Shown here in pieces: positions 1 to 12,907 of a DNA stretch of 63,766 nucleotides (positions are counted from its first letter, which is position 1; each line of letters starts with the position of its first letter). A model generated the notes under the pieces. That model saw only the letters and a program-made list of their open reading frames with translations. It was not told the DNA's origin and did not search any database. The translations under genes were made by a program, and so were the position numbers. Origin of the DNA: Parasitella parasitica NRRL 2501 (taxonomy: Eukaryota > Fungi > Mucoromycota); assembly GCA_025201805.1 (NCBI GenBank), contig MU619251.1, positions 124,001 through 187,766 of the forward strand, read 5' to 3'.

Positions 1-249
1 TTACAGCAAAATCAAGAGCATGAGTGACCCTTTCAATATGGACAATATCAATATATTAGAACCAAAAGATCAATTGACAGGTCATGAATCATTGCTAAAA
101 ATCAGACCGTCAGCAAAGTAGGCAGTGTATTATTGATGACCTTGACCTAAAACAATTTGCGATTTTGAGCAAGAGCAATCTAGATGTCTTGGTCCATGAG
201 AATATTTGTCAGCAGATAGTGATTCAGTCTTACCCACAATGCCATTGGA

Positions 250-335
250 ACGTTTATTAGATGATGAGGGTAGCGCCCTATGCATGAAATGTACGCCTGC
301 AGCTGTTCCGGGCCTCGACGGGGTCCCTACCTGAA
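250..335 (+). mobile_element. possible highly decayed non-LTR (LINE) retrotransposon relic
   Basis: Frame at about 287-331 reads KCTPAAVPGLDGVP, resembling the SPGxDGxP motif just upstream of LINE RT domains. A stop follows and no other RT motifs were found. Confidence 0.2.
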
Positions 336-839
336 TGCCCTGCAGAAGATTAACCTATCACCAAAAATGTGTAAGTGAACCTAGATCAAGAATTCCACCT
401 ACAGATACGATATTTCGCGGCCAAGGTCTCATCTGGCGCCATCATACAGAGCACCCGCGTTTGGCAGGCCATCATGTCTAATACTTTAAAAGTCTATGGA
501 CGAGACAAACATGTGAAAAGCCTTTACGAAACATTAGTCGCTTTAAGGGCACAGTCCCCGTCCCTCTACTTTGACAAGTTGGTTTCAAGACATTGTTGCT
601 AGATCCATTTCATATCTTGGTTTTAACATATATATATTTCTGGAACCACGGCTCCTAAATAATAACATTTCTACTCGGGGTTTGTCATTTGCGCAATAGT
701 ATTATTAAAGCATAAATATGCTAATTGGTAAGGTTTTACCAAGGCACAATCAGGGGTAACACGTATCACCAAAATGGGATCAGAAAAGAAGAATTGAGTT
801 TTTAACATGACATGCTTTTTATTTAATGGATATAGACGA

Positions 840-1988
840 CTAGCATTGAGCATGAGAATGAGATGAAAAAGTAGTAGCGTTAATGATGCCTTCGTTTACA
901 AGTTGCTCAAACGACCACACATTGGAATTGATCCCGTTTTTTAGAGACCAAAAAGTACCACCAGCGCCCGATCCTTTATAAACTGATACCTGAGTATCCA
1001 TCATTTGTTTTAACCATAAATCATTGCTGGCAACTCCCGAAGCTAGAGACCACTCTCCAAAAAATACAGGAAGATGGAATCTGGAGGCAGAAGACGTGGT
1101 GTTGCAAATGCGGTTAATTATCGAGGTTTGGTTTTTGTCTGGAGGAAAAGCATAGTACGGGTGGAGATCAATCACAGCATTAGCTGGAGCAGGTAAAAAG
1201 CTTTTCCATGCATCAAGACCTTGGAAAGCGTCATGGAACATCATAGGAACTTTGAATGCAGATGCGTTAATGATATTAAAAGCTTGTTTATAGTACTTTT
1301 TGAGGATGGCGAGCTGTTTCCCAGAAATTTTAGGCTCGTTGGCTGATTCAATGGATGCGATTCTTGCTTTCAGACTCAAATCGAGGCCATTCATCCAGTC
1401 TACAACGGCTTGAACGGTCTTGACACTACGTTTAATATTGTAATCACTGTAGAAACCGATAGGCCCAATGTGTCCTGAATGTGCCTCGCCGTTTTGAGAT
1501 CCAGGAAGACCATGGAGGTCAATAATAGCATACATATCATACTTGGCGCAATAGCCCAAGACACGTTCGATCTGAGCCTTTTGGCCTGAAGAAACATAAG
1601 GCTCATCAGAATCAGGTTTAATAAAAGCCCAATAACCAACGGGGATACGAACATGATTGGCATTGACACTAGCGAGAATTTTGAAATCGTCTTCCGTGAT
1701 CCACCTATTCCAATGCTCGGTCAACGCAGCGGACGGGTTGGAGGCTTGCTGCGAAAATGTCCATTCGTCAGTGGCGTTTGGAGCATACTTGTCAAAAATA
1801 CTAGAGTCCATCCACTTTTCAAGGATAAGCCAGTTACCCAAGTTGGCACCCCATGCTTTGGTAGCCCAGTAGTTGTATGCCGTGCCAGTGCGATTGCCAT
1901 GAGCAATTGGGGATGCTTTTGTTGATAATGTCATTGTAGAAGTAACGATGCCGACACAGCTCGTGATCAAAGCCTTGAAGGATACCAT
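840..1988 (-). CDS. secreted glycoside hydrolase family 5 (exo-beta-1,3-glucanase-like), intronless
   Basis: Signal-peptide-like N-terminus. GH5 motifs GANLGNWLILEKW, NHVRIPVGYW and IIDLHGLPGSQNG; acid/base NEP; nucleophile GEWSLA. Confidence 0.92.
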   Translation of the reverse strand: MVSFKALITSCVGIVTSTMTLSTKASPIAHGNRTGTAYNYWATKAWGANLGNWLILEKWMDSSIFDKYAPNATDEWTFSQQASNPSAALTEHWNRWITEDDFKILASVNANHVRIPVGYWAFIKPDSDEPYVSSGQKAQIERVLGYCAKYDMYAIIDLHGLPGSQNGEAHSGHIGPIGFYSDYNIKRSVKTVQAVVDWMNGLDLSLKARIASIESANEPKISGKQLAILKKYYKQAFNIINASAFKVPMMFHDAFQGLDAWKSFLPAPANAVIDLHPYYAFPPDKNQTSIINRICNTTSSASRFHLPVFFGEWSLASGVASNDLWLKQMMDTQVSVYKGSGAGGTFWSLKNGINSNVWSFEQLVNEGIINATTFSSHSHAQC

Positions 1989-2800
1989 TTTATCTCAATG
2001 TATGTATATATGCTAAATGAAAAGTTAGTCGAAGAAGAGAGAGAGAGAGAGGGAGGGGGGGGGAGGGGTAACATTTCAGTTTATTTATACGGCTACAGAA
2101 AACTGCCTTTCTGATCCTAAAAACCAAAATAGGTGTAGATGACACAGAAATTCATCTTTGAGCCAGCTCAGAATCACAAGTTAAATTTCAACGACGCTGT
2201 GTATCAAAGAGAATACTTTTCGAAGCTGCTTGTTATTTTCAATTGGAAATTAGGGTAGATCCTAATATTATTTAAATCTGTTGTGATTATACCAATGTAT
2301 ACATAGATATTCACTCCATGAACGGATGTCAATAAACCAGTGCAAGAAGAACTACTATCTACAATCCAAGATTGTAGCAAATTCAGGGATGCGCCATTTT
2401 TTTAGGAAGAAATGCACAAATGAATGAAACCGTAATCCATTAGGCGCTAGCTGAAAGGAATTTAATTAATTCATGACATTTTACGTCTCCAGGTTGAGAA
2501 ACCTAGTAAGTACTGCAATCGAGACTCGTTAAAACGGCCGGGTTGGTGTACACAAATGTGTCTGGAATAGCGAGTTATCCCCTATTCAAAATTTGATGCT
2601 CTACGGCACAGTGCCTGAAACCTGGAATCTACCAGAATCTTGTTATAAAGCTTAACTTTTTTTAATAAAACTACCCTCAACCTCAATTCTAACCTCTATT
2701 ATACTTTCTACTTTTCATGCTTAGTATTAGAATTACAAAAAAGAAAGAATTCTTGAACTGACATTAAGCATTATTATAAGCAACAATGGTAATAGGGCTT

Positions 2801-3220
2801 NNNNNNNNNNNNNNNNNNNNNNNNNNNNNNNNNNNNNNNNNNNNNNNNNNNNNNNNNNNNNNNNNNNNNNNNNNNNNNNNNNNNNNNNNNNNNNNNNNNN
2901 NNNNNNNNNNNNNNNNNNNNNNNNNNNNNNNNNNNNNNNNNNNNNNNNNNNNNNNNNNNNNNNNNNNNNNNNNNNNNNNNNNNNNNNNNNNNNNNNNNNN
3001 NNNNNNNNNNNNNNNNNNNNNNNNNNNNNNNNNNNNNNNNNNNNNNNNNNNNNNNNNNNNNNNNNNNNNNNNNNNNNNNNNNNNNNNNNNNNNNNNNNNN
3101 NNNNNNNNNNNNNNNNNNNNNNNNNNNNNNNNNNNNNNNNNNNNNNNNNNNNNNNNNNNNNNNNNNNNNNNNNNNNNNNNNNNNNNNNNNNNNNNNNNNN
3201 NNNNNNNNNNNNNNNNNNNN
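2801..3220. other. assembly gap (420 N); smaller gaps at 6227-6236, 9139-9223 and 59485-59494
   Basis: Runs of N in the sequence. ORFs spanning them are artefacts. Confidence 0.99.
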
Positions 3221-4139
3221 CCACACATCCAAAATCATCGATTATGCATTATCCTCGATTTTGACCCCAAAAATGCAACTTTTTACTATAGCATATATTA
3301 GAGGAAAATGATCGTAAAAGACCATTCCTTGATCTGAAAGAGTGGAAATGCGCTCTGATTAAGCAAAATATCGACTTTTTCCTCTTAATCTGTTTTGAGG
3401 TTTTCTCGAAATAATTTCTTCCATAAGCATACGGGAATTATGAAATAATACCATCGTGTAGAGCGTCCAAAAATACAGTTATTATCATAGACTGACAGCC
3501 GGGGTATGCATAGTATCAGAAGATGATATCTTGCCTAAAAAAAGTATTAATTGTACAAATGGAGTTTTTAAAAGAAGTTTTTCTTCCTGATTTTGGACAC
3601 GTTTAATCTCCGCTATCAAAGAAAAATGGTGTTTTTTTTGAAGAAAGCAATAGCTTTGAGAAGACATAGCTTCCTAATTCAAGAAAAAAAACATTTGAAA
3701 ACTGATTTATTTAAATGGTATGCTTCTTGGCTTTCCAATGGTAGTACTTGCATGTCTGTACCTGGCCTGACGATCTCACGCTCCGATTTTGAAAAGTACC
3801 TTCTTAAAAAAAAGTCAGAAAATGTCGCCACCTTCGTCTGATGTTAACTTAAAATGTACAAAAACTTGCTCTAAGCTATGCGAATACGTAATAAAAAAGT
3901 GTCTTATAGTCTAATGCATTACTCTGTATTGCTTGTTTTTGTGGTTAAGATAGCTAAGCATTATTTTCTTATAGTTTTTGTCATTGTTTCTGACATTAAC
4001 GCACTGAACTCGACGTAGACCAAAAAAAAAAAAAAAAAATCAGACGCCTAAAATCTACGCTATCTTTACAAAGACACACATTTTTGAACCATTCCAATAT
4101 TATGGCAAAGATGGCACAGGTTTGACTAGCTATTCTACT

Positions 4140-4392
4140 GCGCAACTTAATATGCAGAATCCAGCTTGGTACTTTTCTGACAAGACCTTTTACACTAGAA
4201 AACTCCAGATCAATTGAAGGTACAAGAAAGCGCCAAAGAAAAGGAAATAATCTGCCACCAAGATAACAACACCTATTCATAAAGAATTATCTGCATAGAA
4301 ATTTACAAAATCCCAAGGACATTAATGTGTTTATCTTCAACTTCGCTCTCCGTTCCTGAATCCAGTTAAAGGTTTTTGATCCAAAGTCAACA
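4140..4392 (+). mobile_element. Tc1/mariner-IS630 DDE transposase remnant (pseudogene)
   Basis: 4262-4391 translates DN(+1 frameshift)TPIHKELSA*KFTKSQGH*CVYLQLRSPFLNPVKGF*SKVN. This matches the family pattern DNAPIH...GYKCVYLPPYSPFLNPIEEFWSKVK, with three stops and a frameshift. Confidence 0.65.
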
Positions 4393-6185
4393 GACACACG
4401 TACACCCAGATTCACAGATGCTTGTCAATTGATAACTGTAACTTTTTTCATAGACTACCTTGAACTTAAAGACATGATGTAGATAGCTTATTTCACAACA
4501 AAATTTTCTGTATTTTCACTATGCAATTATTCATTTTCTTTAAATATGAAAATCCCCACTCAAAATCTTTCTAGAGAGACAAATCTCTTCTTTCAGAAAC
4601 TTCTTTGCTTTTATCAGAAATAAAAGGTTTTCTACAGAAACCCTAAAATATATTATCACAATCACAATGACCTTTATCATTTACTTGAACTTTTTTTCTT
4701 CTTCAGAAACTGCTAAATATATGCAAAGCAGCCATTGAAACATCTAGTGGAATAGCGCGTAAATCCTTCAAAAAATAACTGGGCAGCTTGGCTGCTAGCG
4801 TTTGCAATTATTTGAGGTGAATAGTATCTTTTTTGAATACAAAGGTCTCAGGCAATCTAGACTTATTGAAAAGAGAGAGAGGAAAGAATAATCGCTTTGT
4901 TCTTAACACAGCGTAAATTTAACACTCAATCACTTCATCTGTTTACTATTCAACAAGTGTAATCCCTATTTGGCATTTATATAATCTCTATTTATCCAGG
5001 AACTTATGGCTTCAATAGATCAGGTTCCGTATTTATAACTCAACAGGACAATAGATACAATCTATCGTCTATTCTCTAAATCACACCGTGTCTCACACTT
5101 ACACCTTATCCCCCATCGCTTAGATTCACTAGTATATAAACCATCGCATTTTCCATGTAATAAACGAAATCTTTACCTGATTAATCATTCACAGCTGATT
5201 TATTTGAATAACTTCACATTCTGATAAATAAGGCTTATCTGCTTTGATTGGCTCTTTATAAAAGCCCATCAGGAATTATATGCAATTTTACTATGAAAAT
5301 ATGGTTTTTTGCTCAAGGGAGATTGTGTACAAATATTATCGCGACAAACTTCCCTTGGCTAACTTGAGCAATTCTACTTAATCATGAATTTAAACCAATA
5401 GAGAGATTCACAAAATAGAAATCAACTTTCTATTCTATCAACGATTGTTGCCAATCTCCTGTTCGAGTCCGCCATAGCTTGTGGGTTCCATTCTTATTAG
5501 AAGAAGGAACGCAATTAATAATGCTTTGACCTAGCTGCTAAATTTCGGTGATTCCTCTTTTCATTAATAACCTTACAAGGACGGTATTCGATTGCTCCCC
5601 CTATTATTGGCGATTTTAGAAGATAATTAGCTGACAGGTAGTCGCTTCCCTACTGCATTGACAAGAAGGTTTGTAGACATTGCGAATCAAACAAATCAAA
5701 ATAACTCTTTCTTGCGAAGAGAAAAGAATGCATTCATTGCAATACAGTCTGAGAAAGCCAAAAACGCATATTGAATTTTGAGAAGAAAAAAAAATGAAAT
5801 TTTGAGATTGAGCTAGTTTCAAAAAGTGCCAATTGGCACCCGAGCACTCATTTAAAGCGTACCGTTTCGTTTCCAAAATATAATATATCGTGATGAATTA
5901 GATATATATATATAAAAACAAAAAAAAATCAATGGCCAATTATCTGAAACGAGAAGTAGCTCGTTTGACTAGGCGTCAGTTGGCTGAAGTCTACATTATG
6001 ATTTCCGGTAATGGACAAAATTGAAAGCAAGCAACAATCAACTGCAATATTCATTTCTCAGTATAATGAAAGTATTTTCTAGCTGCACTTAATAGTGTGA
6101 ACATCATCACAAAACAGCAATGCAACACGCATCAGGCCAAATGCATACGCACTTTTTTTACTACCTGAATGCTTAATAACACGGA

Positions 6186-6226
<41 letters not shown>

Positions 6227-7157
6227 NNNNNNNNNNGTTCTGATTGACAATTGTGTCATGATGAAGTTTTTCCCTCCTGAAACGTTTAAATATATGCAAC
6301 ATGTGTGTTATAAAGGTCATTATCAACTAAATCTCTAAAGCATTTTAATTACAATGTTGCACCATGCAGCACCATGGGGCCAGGAGGAACCTAGGCTGAC
6401 GTTACATATGCATACATTTTCTTCACTGTTAGATGTGTAACATTTAGTGACAACAAAACCTGTTGTTTGCATTGTGGATAATAGGATTATGGGCTAAGCA
6501 AATGTCGGTTTCAACTGCGTAGGAGCCTTTTTCGTAGTCTCATCAACAATAAGGCTTATAGATGCAAAATTAGAAGCCATAAACAGCTTGTATATTTTGG
6601 AGCTGCTGTACATAAATAAATAGAAAAAGAAATCAGCGATGATGTATTCCAGCATAACATGCAATATTTGCAGCGAGCTATTTATCGTAGCAATGTATAA
6701 TGTATTATGCAATGTAGCACTTGTATACATACACAGTCAGACATTGGGTGCGCACTGATTTCATCATGGTGATCAACTTAAAATACAGTGAGAACCGTAA
6801 ATTTAATTTTTTTTGGGAACGCCCTCACAGTTACTCTCATCGAAAGCGACAATCATTTTTGTCCAAACTGACAACCAGGGGTTGTTCTTTTTTATTTTTT
6901 TTATTTACCAGCCGTATTGTGCGTTTTGCAGTTCTATGCCATGTACATATACACATCTATTTATACACACTGACTACTGAATGATACATGTGTATTTGAT
7001 TGTTGAAAATGATTTGTTTTTTTATTTCATACAAAGCGTGAAAACGAAGCTATTTTTTAATGAACGGAAATATGTATAAAGGAAGATGATGGAACTATAT
7101 AGAGCTTTATATATACGAATAGCTATTTTGGAGACTAAAATTACAGATAAATATAGT

Positions 7158-7166
7158 TTATTGCTT

Positions 7167-7197
<31 letters not shown>

Positions 7198-9051
7198 CGT
7201 TGTCGTTGTTGTTGTGGGTGCTGAAGAGGAGGAGGAGGAGGTTGCTGGCGTTTTCTTTTTTCTTTTTCTGCTACAACACCTGGTGGTTCAGGAGTCATGG
7301 CAACTAGGTTTCCTCTTTTCTGCTGTGCGACGGAATCCATGACAGATACATGGTGAACATGGCAGTCGCCTGGCTCTGTTGGATTGCAAACATCGATGCT
7401 TCTGATCCAGCTATCTTTGAGAATTGTTTGTAGATTCCATCTTCGAGTGGGGCTTACTTCCAAGATGCTTGTCATCACAGAGCGGGACTCCCGAGGGAGT
7501 AATTTCAGTAGTCTGAATTTTTGCTGGTTTTGATTAGTGGCAAATGCTCGAAAGGCAGGATCAGAATTTCGCGGTAACCTCCAAGGGAAGCGTTTGATTG
7601 TCATGCAAACAAAGATGATACCGCATGACCATACATCTGATAAACGAGGATCGTACATTGGTTGTGTATACTGTTCTGGAGCAATATAAGGGTCTGAACC
7701 GAAAATACCTATGTTTTTAAGGGAGGATGAGAATGTGGAAAAAAAAAAAAAAAAAAAAAATAAACAAAAATCTCGAGCCTTACCTTTTGTCATTGTAGCA
7801 GAATTCTCAAACGGGTATTTGAATACAGTAGAACAACCAAAATCAATGATCTTGAGTATTCCCATGTGATCCAGAACAAGGTTATCCAACTTTAGATCTC
7901 TGTGCGCAATCCCCATAGAGTGCAGATAGTCGAGACCGTTCAAAAGCTGGCGAAAACAGCATGCAATTTCTTCTCGGGACATCATTCCACTCATAACGAC
8001 ATTAAACATATCGTTTGGAGCATACTCCATGATCTCGTAAAAGTTCTCCTCCTCCTGGATCAGATCTAGCGTTTCAATGACATTGGGATGATGGAGTGTG
8101 GATCCAATACAGAATTCTGCTGTAACCTTTTTGACGTAATCTTTCTCTGTTTCATGAGAAAATCTCTTTCTGAATTGCTTTACAGCTAATGTCTTGTTTT
8201 TCTGTTTAATGAGCCTTACAGAACCACCAGCTCCTTTACCAATATAACGACCTAGGTAACAGGTGAAAAAAAAAAAAAAAAAAAAATTGAGTCAATTAAT
8301 TATAGAGTTCAAGGAGACAGGGAAATTTTTAACTTGGAAAATGCCGCATTATATGCCCTCATTTCACAAGTTAAAAATGTATCTTAATTATAGGATGCTT
8401 ACCCCATTGACCGTATCTACCAGAGATATTCTGTCTAAACTGGTTGGCAAATGGCTGCTCATCCACCTCTGCTTGTGGCTGCTGTTGCACAAAGAACCTT
8501 CTCAAATCAGACCAAGCTAAAAATAAGTCTTTGCGGTCCAGCATCGGTGAAGTTGGTTGCGAATGAGAGGGTGTTGGGGTAATTGTGCTGGGTGGAGAGG
8601 GCGGCGAGTTATGATGAAAGTGGGTTTGGTGGTAGTGCTGGTTGTAGAGTGGTTTTTTGAACACAAATTGCGAAGGAGGATTTGGATTCAAGCAGGAAGA
8701 GGGACGGTGATGCTGAGTCAACGAAGGCCTTGGTGCAATGATGGCAGAGGAATTGGATGAAATAGAGGAGCTGGATGACGAAGAGGAGGTAGATGAAGAT
8801 GTGGGTGTATTTGGGTGTTGCTGTTGTTGCGGAGAATATGCAGGCTTCTTTTTGTTGGATACTACATGTTGTAGCAGTTTTGTTAATTCAATGAAATCAA
8901 CTGCAGTGGTATCATTTGTATGGAGGTGACGAGTGGTTGCGTTTGTGTGCGTAACTACAGCAGGAGATAGCGTTGGAGATGATGGCACAGAGATGTCTGG
9001 CGTGATTAGCTGCTGTATCTGCAATGGTGGAGGATGCGCTTGAAATGTCAT
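7158..9051 (-). CDS. Ser/Thr protein kinase, HAL/Hrk1/Sat4/Npr1-type; exons 9051-8403, 8251-7784, 7708-7158
   Basis: Splicing two GT-AG introns gives [59 protein letters not shown] and DVWSCG. Ser/His/Pro-rich N-terminus and poly-Q C-terminus. Confidence 0.9.
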
Positions 9052-9770
9052 TTTATGGTTATGTACAGAAATAAAAGATGAAGAAAGACATCGAGAGAAG
9101 CGAAATGTGAGCTTAATTTATACCAGTATGTATTCTTCNNNNNNNNNNNNNNNNNNNNNNNNNNNNNNNNNNNNNNNNNNNNNNNNNNNNNNNNNNNNNN
9201 NNNNNNNNNNNNNNNNNNNNNNNCCCCCCCACACCCCTTTATCCTTGTTTTTGAAACTTGATGAAGGATGAAACCTTGCAATAAAATAGCACCTTGTATA
9301 TACAATACTGCTATGCAAATCCGATGATGGATGCGTCACAGACTGTTTTCCAATTGTTTATGGTTATATTAAAAATGCCTTGTCAATCATTTCATCAACA
9401 TCAAAAGTTTCAACATTTATAAAATGACGCTGACGGTTGTTTTGGTTACTCCTTTAAACTGTTTGAAGCTCGAAGCTGTGTAATGGAAAAAATCAGTTGA
9501 TATACGTACAAAATATAAACATTGTTTTTTTCTACATTTTAAATTAAAAATCATGGTTTTTCCGAGATCCATGTAAATAATAGAAAATCGCTACAAATCA
9601 GAGAAAAACTTGAATACAATCGAGACCCCTTTTCTACTTGATGTTTAGTTCTGCAGCACTTGGTAGTATATATCCACCAATAAAACTTTACAGAAAACAT
9701 GTCAAATTGGAGAAACAAAAAAAACAAAAAAAACTTTTTCCTTTTTTCTGTGCTTTTTCTTTGTTTGTTC

Positions 9771-10916
9771 ATGCTCGTGCAAAAAAAGTTATCAGTGAGA
9801 TGCGTCTCTGTATTCAGGCGTTGTCTCACAACACTTTGCGCTCCTCAAAAAGGCGATCTTGTCGTTATGGCCATGTCAGGTGGGGTTGATTCTAGTGTCT
9901 CGGCTGCACTCTTAAAGAAACAGGGATACAACGTCCGCGGTATTTACATGCGCAATTGGGACACTTCAGACGAAAGGGGCGTATGTACAAGTAGAGAAGA
10001 TTGGCAGGATGTCCAGAAAGTATGCAAGCGGCTAGACATCGAATGCGAACACGTGGATTTTGTCAAGGAATACTGGAACGATGTGTTTGAAAAGACATTG
10101 GATGATTATGCCCGAGGACTTACACCCAATCCAGACATTGCCTGCAACAGTTTCATCAAATTTGGCGCATTATTGGACAGAATACCGAAAAATGCATGGT
10201 TTGCCACAGGCCACTACTGCCGCTCAGTCAATGGCAGATTGCTGCGTGGGCTAGAGCACAACAAAGATCAGTCATACTATCTCTCCACTGTGCCTGAGCA
10301 GGCACTTTTGCGGACTATTTTCCCGCTGGGAGAAGTCGAATCGAAATCCACAGTGAAACAATTGGCAAAAGAATTGGGCTTACAGGACATTGCATCCAAG
10401 AAAGAGAGCATGGGCATATGCTTTGTAGGGCAGCGTCGACGGTTTGCTGAATTTTTGGAGCAATATATTGATCAGCCACCTGGCCCTGTTGTAAATCTGG
10501 ATAATGGTCAATTGATTGGTCAACACCAAGGTCTTTTTGGTTACACGATTGGTCAGGCATCCCGCATCTGTCATGGTTCAGAAAAATGGTTTGTAGCACA
10601 AAAAATCATGAGTGAAAACAAATTGGTATGTGTTGCGGGCTCAAACCATCCTGCTCTTTTTCACAATGGCTGCATAGCGCGTGATTGGGTCTGGATCCAC
10701 CATGGCCCACCAAAAGGTTTTGATGGAAGCATGGTGGTTGATGCTCAGATCAGATACAGACAGTCGCCGGAAAAGGCGATTTTGTCATGTCAACCAGACG
10801 GTCAATACAGCGTTCGCTTCATGAATCCGATACGTGCAATAGCACGTGGCCAGCAAGTAGTAGTTTGGGATCAAGATTGGTGTTTGGGTGGCGGTGTAAT
10901 TGAACGAGTTTTGTAA
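9771..10916 (+). CDS. SLM3: mitochondrial tRNA-specific 2-thiouridylase (MnmA/Mtu1), intronless
   Basis: AMSGGVDSSV PP-loop, TPNPDIACN, ATGHY, KDQSYYL and ESMGICFVG. The ATG at 9771 gives an Arg-rich mitochondrial presequence; the alternative upstream ATG is at 9699. Confidence 0.93.
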   Translation: MLVQKKLSVRCVSVFRRCLTTLCAPQKGDLVVMAMSGGVDSSVSAALLKKQGYNVRGIYMRNWDTSDERGVCTSREDWQDVQKVCKRLDIECEHVDFVKEYWNDVFEKTLDDYARGLTPNPDIACNSFIKFGALLDRIPKNAWFATGHYCRSVNGRLLRGLEHNKDQSYYLSTVPEQALLRTIFPLGEVESKSTVKQLAKELGLQDIASKKESMGICFVGQRRRFAEFLEQYIDQPPGPVVNLDNGQLIGQHQGLFGYTIGQASRICHGSEKWFVAQKIMSENKLVCVAGSNHPALFHNGCIARDWVWIHHGPPKGFDGSMVVDAQIRYRQSPEKAILSCQPDGQYSVRFMNPIRAIARGQQVVVWDQDWCLGGGVIERVL

Positions 10917-11569
10917 ACAAAATTCACATTGGATTTCCTGTGTAATTCTTGAGATGATATGAGACGCATTAAATATATAGGTTTAAAATACAATTTCTCG
11001 CTATATATTTATACATATACGAAAAAAGAATCCGGCTGACTCGGTCTTGGCTTGTACGCATAGACATGGAATCTACCAATCTGGCTTCATCTACAGAAGA
11101 TGATCTAATTGTTTACAAATGGTCCTTCTGCTCTTGCAGAGCCTTTTTATATTGCCGAAAGCCAAGCTTTTACAAGAATCAATACACTAGTTGAAGCGCT
11201 TTGAAAACTGGAAACGAGAAGCTGATGTTACGGGATTACATTCAGCCCAGTAATCCGATACCATAATTCAATTTTTTCGATCGATCATTGATGGATACTT
11301 TATACTTTTACAACATATACCATGGCAGCTTTAAAGACAATGAAAATTGTCCACGTCAACGATCTAGCACATTATATAGCCCTCATTACATTCAATAATA
11401 TGTTTCTTCTTGCATTATACTATTCTAGTCTATTTGACTGTAATATTCTTATGTAATACACTGCTGCTGGTATCACGAACACTTTTAATTACATGATTCG
11501 AAATGCTAAGAATGCAGTATGAGATGTTTTGATAATAATGATCATGACATGGTACTGCAAAAATATCAT

Positions 11570-11858
11570 GATTTTAGTGGTGGTAAGTGAGCTAGGTATT
11601 TTCCTCACACCACTGTAAGACGAGAACGAAAACTAGCATATTCTCCCATCTGGCATAATACGTTTGTCTTGGATTATACCGAGAACCATTTCTGACAGGT
11701 TGAATACAAGCAGGAAATCGTGAATAAATAGTATTAATACTAATAGGAGTCATCCTTTTGGAATATATTCTCGTTGTTTTTGTTGTTTGGATAAAACGTT
11801 AGCAGCAAACACAAATTATCAATGGCTCTAGGGTTGATTATCCCTTCAGGTGGAAATC

Positions 11859-11889
<31 letters not shown>

Positions 11890-12480
11890 ACATCTATATC
11901 AGAACAGCGTAACAGGGCCTCTTTGAATCCTATAAATTCTTGATAAAATTGGGTTTTTAGCTATTGCTTTGAGGTACGAACGGCGGTTGCGCATTGGAGT
12001 TGCGCTGCTTGAAGACGCAATGTCTTTATATGCTCCTGCAACTTTAAGAGCAAGTTTATAATAGGACGTAATTGACCCCCCAAGTATATCTTTAACATTA
12101 GCCAAGATGGCTGTGTACATCTCTCCAGCTTTATTGATGGCAGATGGCAGAGTATATTTAAATGGGAGCAATTGGTAGCCGGAGACATTCAGTGGCCCTC
12201 CAAATGAATTGCGATCATAGCCGTACCGCTTAGAGTATCATGCTCAGGCAATCGCCCACGGCCTTTTTCTTCAATTATCAGAGACAACTAAGCGTCTTGA
12301 AAAATAACATGTTGAAGAAAATCGAACTGTAGATTGTCAAACTCATGCAAGAATGTTTGTCGCGAAAAAGTTGCCTATTAACGCAAAATATCTATGCAGG
12401 AATTTTGCTGCTTTTTTTTATATAATTTCAGCAATTCCAAGATTTGCCGTCGTTGATGGATACAAAGAGATGGAAAGAGC
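11570..12480 (-). pseudogene. decayed coding relic, possibly the N-terminal half of a Fanzor1/TnpB-like transposon protein
   Basis: Interrupted frames YFQDA*LSL..., KAGEMYTAILANVKDILGGSITSYYKLALKV, FYPNN..IFQKDDSY and RKIPSSLTTTKIM occur in the order I recall for Mucorales Fanzor-type proteins. The relic has stops, is split by a (GA)n tract, and shows no RuvC motif. Confidence 0.3.
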
Positions 12481-12907
12481 CAGATGTGCAGTTTCTCGAC
12501 CGTTGGTCCGCTCAGGGTCCAGTTTTGAAGCACATTGACCACGCCTGAGCACACTTGAACAAAAAGTTTGAAGAAAGAAGATACAAAATCATAAAAGCCA
12601 AGGGATTAGAACTAGCTCACATCACAGAAGGAACAAAGTAGAGTCCAGTATTATGAAGAAGCTATGAAGAAGCTGAGAGGCTACTTTCTTTTCTTAATTT
12701 GCGCAGGACAATCATTTGAATAGCCTTTTATGATTAACAATGTCTTGCAAAAAGTCCAGAACGATTTTAAAATGGGGAAAAATCAAGGTTATGTTTGTTG
12801 ATTTATGTGTAAATAATAGTAGCTAGATCATGACTTTTATGTATAGTGTATATATATATAAAAAAAAGAGGTAATAGTAATGTATAATAATATTTAAAAA
12901 AGTTTTT

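Noticed and set aside
2733-3301. Long ORFs in the ORF track
   Set aside because: They consist of X residues from the N gap.
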